Below the pieces are notes generated by a model. The model was not told the origin of the DNA and did not search any database. It was given only the letters and a program-made list of their open reading frames with translations. A stretch of 64,000 bases of DNA from Rhynchopus sp. YZ270_cl-10 (lineage: Eukaryota). The stretch is taken from assembly GCA_964035575.1 (NCBI GenBank), contig OZ037843.1, positions 434,001 through 498,000 on the forward strand, written 5' to 3'. A program made the translations under genes and the position numbers. Shown here in pieces: positions 60,828 to 64,000 of this stretch; the stretch's first letter is position 1; the number at the start of each line of letters is the position of its first letter.

Positions 60828-63673
60828 CTTATAAGGGGGATCTATTTGGGACGTAGAAGAAGTCCACATAACGGGGCAAAAAAAAATAAATGAAAATAGT
60901 AACTCTGATAGGTAAAGTAAAAGGGGAAAAAAAAAGGGGGGTTTTTTTTTTCCTTTGGTTGCTCAAATACCATGAGGGGGTGATTGGCGACCGTATCGAA
61001 ACGATTTCTCCTTTAAGCTGCGCTTGCGGGAAAATATAAAAAAAGGGGGGGAAAAAAACGTAATTTATGTGGGGGAAGCTGATTACCCTTCTCTCGAGAA
61101 GAAGAAAAACACAGAAGGATAAGATGAACCTAAGCCTCTCGTGCTTGGTCACCTTGTTAGTCACACCCCCCCCATAATAACAAAAAGTTTCTAAGGAAGT
61201 GTCGAAACACATCACGTGCCAAATGAAGCGCGTTGTAGAAGTCTCCCTTCAAAGCGACCCCATGAAAGGAGATAATAATAGGGTCTAAAAAACATCGTCG
61301 AAGTCAGTGGATATCTGGTACTGAGAACGTGAACACAAGATTGATTCTTTTTTTTTTTTTTTTTGTAAAAAGAAAGCATTTCAACATATACATCCAATAA
61401 ATTGATAGCATAGGAAGAAGGATCAACAAAAAAGAAAGAAATGTTTATGGTGTGATCACCAAACGGATTCTCCGTGGTTCCCCCGTGGGTTGTCCGTACC
61501 CCCTGAATCACACCAGTTTAGAGGATGAACCTAAACCTCTCGTGTGCTAAGTCACCAAAAATGTTCCTTTTTTGGTGTTCCGGAGGGGGCCTCTATTGAC
61601 ATGTCTTTGATGGGGTTTCAGGAACACCATTTTTAGAGAAAGAAACCATTGGTGCTCCCGGGGGAGGGGGTATTGACAGGTTCGTGACAGGATTTCAGTA
61701 ACACCAAAAAAACGCAGAAAAGATAACAGTGATATACGGACAAATAAGCTTGAAATAGTAAGAAAAGTTTATAAGATGATCCTAAGCCTCTCTGTGCTTA
61801 GTCACCTTATCATATTCGTTATCGCACAGCTGCGCTGGCTTCTACAAGTTAGTTTGTAGAAAAGCTACACCCATCTCGGGGGGGGTGGAGTCTGGGCGAC
61901 AAAATTGTATTTTGGGGGAATATTCATTGATTCAGATAATATTTGGGTGGGGAGGGGACCCAGGGGGGAGAGAGAGAAAAAAAAAACGCTTGGTAATCAA
62001 TAAAAGAGTAAGACGGGCACCTTGTAGGTAGTCCACCTTAGGTAATATAATATTTGACCTGACAGAACAAAAAAATATATTCAAGTACTACAGAAAAAGG
62101 GATGTGGTCAAGCGCATGACGTAACACAAGGAAGATAAGTACCGGTATTTTTTTTAAGGAAAAAAAACTGTACTTAAGAATATGGGGTACGTTCGAAAAA
62201 CGATCTACACATCTTGCCTTCTCTGGAGAAATTTGAGGGGAAATACAACAAAAATAAAATCAAGGTGAATGTGCCTTCGTACACATCTTTGAAAACGAAA
62301 GGAAAACAGGGAGAGTTTCTTTTATCGCAATAATGGCGGAAGCCGTATAGCCCATAGGGGAATATGGGCAAAGATGACGGATAGCACGCACAGAGAAAGA
62401 AAAAAAAACAATGAAGTTGACAGGTGCAAAAAACGCCTCTGGGACGCAGGCACTGACACTCCAAAAATACGGAAAGGGGTTTGGGTGGGGGGCTGGGCAG
62501 GGTATCTGTGGGATTATTTTTGAGCGAATAATAACATTGCCCCCCAAATATTGGGCTGGACTTTAAATTGCATCCGGAAGGGGGGGCCTTTTCGTCCTGA
62601 AACTCTATGAAGGTGTACCTGAGGGTGAACCGGCCATTTTCGGAACCGGGAACCTGGTTCCCGGTTCCAAAAATGACCGGTTCCCCAAAGTTTTGGTTCC
62701 AATATGAGTTTTCCCCCCTTTTTTTGTGTACATGATACAAGCAGCACTCAGGTTGTCACGTTAGTCTCTACCATAATATCCCCTCTAACTTCCTGGAGCT
62801 ACTACAGTACACAGAAGTGAGGTACAGGCCTCCCCCAGTTTTTTTTTGGGCAAGTATTATTTTTTAAAACAAAGGTAGAAAGAAAAATCAACGAAAACTT
62901 GAAATGTGAATGTGCCTCGCCTCTGATGCACACCCATTTAGAAGGAAAGTTGCACAGATGCGTCTGTTCCCTTATTGAGGATTAGTGATCTCATGCAACC
63001 TTAGAATACAAATAGAAACCCAACTCAGGATACGATGATGAAGAAATAAAAGCCAAAAAAAAAAAATACGAATACCGTACACATCTGGAGAAATGTCTGG
63101 GGAACAAATCGGAGGGGGGGGTTTTTTTTTTGTTGTCGTTTTTGTTGTTGTTGTTGTTGTTGTGTCGACAATCACCTAACCGAATCATGGTCTGTCCACA
63201 ATGTCGCCCCGAAGGCTATTGACATCATTGTACTTATTTGATGTCGCCGCTATCATATTTTTTTATATATTTTTTGCTAATTTGTTGGATTAGTGTGGAC
63301 GGTATTCACTTTTATATTTTTCTCAACTGAGGAAAAGTAGCTCTGAGCAAACCCCGTGGAAGAAGTGTGAGGATAAATTCACTTTTCCTCACACATAGCC
63401 ACTTTTCCTCACGCAATTTGGAAAAGTAGCAATAATTTTTGGCTGGGGTTTGTGTAGAAAAAAGCCTATGTGTGAGGCTTTTTTTGGTGTGAGGAAAAGT
63501 AGAGGGGGGGTCGAAAAAAAAATTGGGTGGGAGAGTGGGTCATTTTGATATCTCTGCTTCACATTTTGTCACCGTGACCAACATGACCATTTTTTGGTCC
63601 ATTTTTTCGGCCAAAAATTTGGTACCACAGGGCTATACCATATACTGGGATTATCAATCTTTTGAAAATACAC

Positions 63674-64000
63674 GTCCTGGGCTGGACGTTAAATTGCATC
63701 CGGGGGCCCTTTTGTGGCACTCCTCCTGAAACTCTATGAAGGTCTGACCTGAGGGTAAAAGGTGCTGGGTATGCTACCCTGGGTGCTGAAGGCAGGCACA
63801 CAACATGTGTGGAGGGACCTGCAGAGCCCTAGCCAGTGAAGCCAAGGAGGCCCCCCTAGGAAACTAGGGAACGGATTGGAAGAGACCTCGCCGGTAGCCG
63901 GGAACCCTCCCTGGGCTAGTACAATGATGAAACTTCAATCTTAAGTCCACACCCATGTGGCGGCCGCTTTGGCATGCGTCTGTAAGGACAGCCTTGACTG
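63674..64000. repeat. Inverted near-identical copy of ~27023-27349 (interior of the piggyBac-type element); runs off the window
   Basis: Direct comparison; a shorter diverged copy lies at ~62553-62630. Confidence 0.85.

Overview
Eukaryotic nuclear DNA, probably a euglenozoan protist such as a diplonemid. This is inferred from the kinetoplastid-style cyclases, GT-AG introns and co-oriented genes, and is not proven. Eleven host genes all lie on the minus strand: a 2-intron Baeyer-Villiger monooxygenase, a secreted beta-helix (GH141-like) protein, two membrane class III cyclases with intact catalytic motifs, two pseudo-cyclase receptors, an arylsulfatase, a CBM9-like secreted protein, two ubiquitin-like(Ubl)+WD40 paralogues and one Ubl+LRR protein. 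The intergenic space is packed with DNA transposons whose TIRs and TSDs can be read directly: two long hAT elements with disrupted transposases, many non-autonomous hAT-type elements with 6-, 7- or 8-bp TSDs, a piggyBac-type element and a TA-target element. Most striking are (i) the cytosolic Ubl+variable-repeat genes, whose differences cluster in short non-synonymous patches, a candidate diversifying recognition system; (ii) a hAT transposase with an ASCH-like N-terminus and a foreign gene 5' fragment inserted at its first catalytic Asp; (iii) the same perfect 7-mer satellite inside two unrelated elements; and (iv) short co-oriented motifs, several in putative 3' UTRs. No rRNA, tRNA or CRISPR array was recognised. 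All alignments were done by eye.
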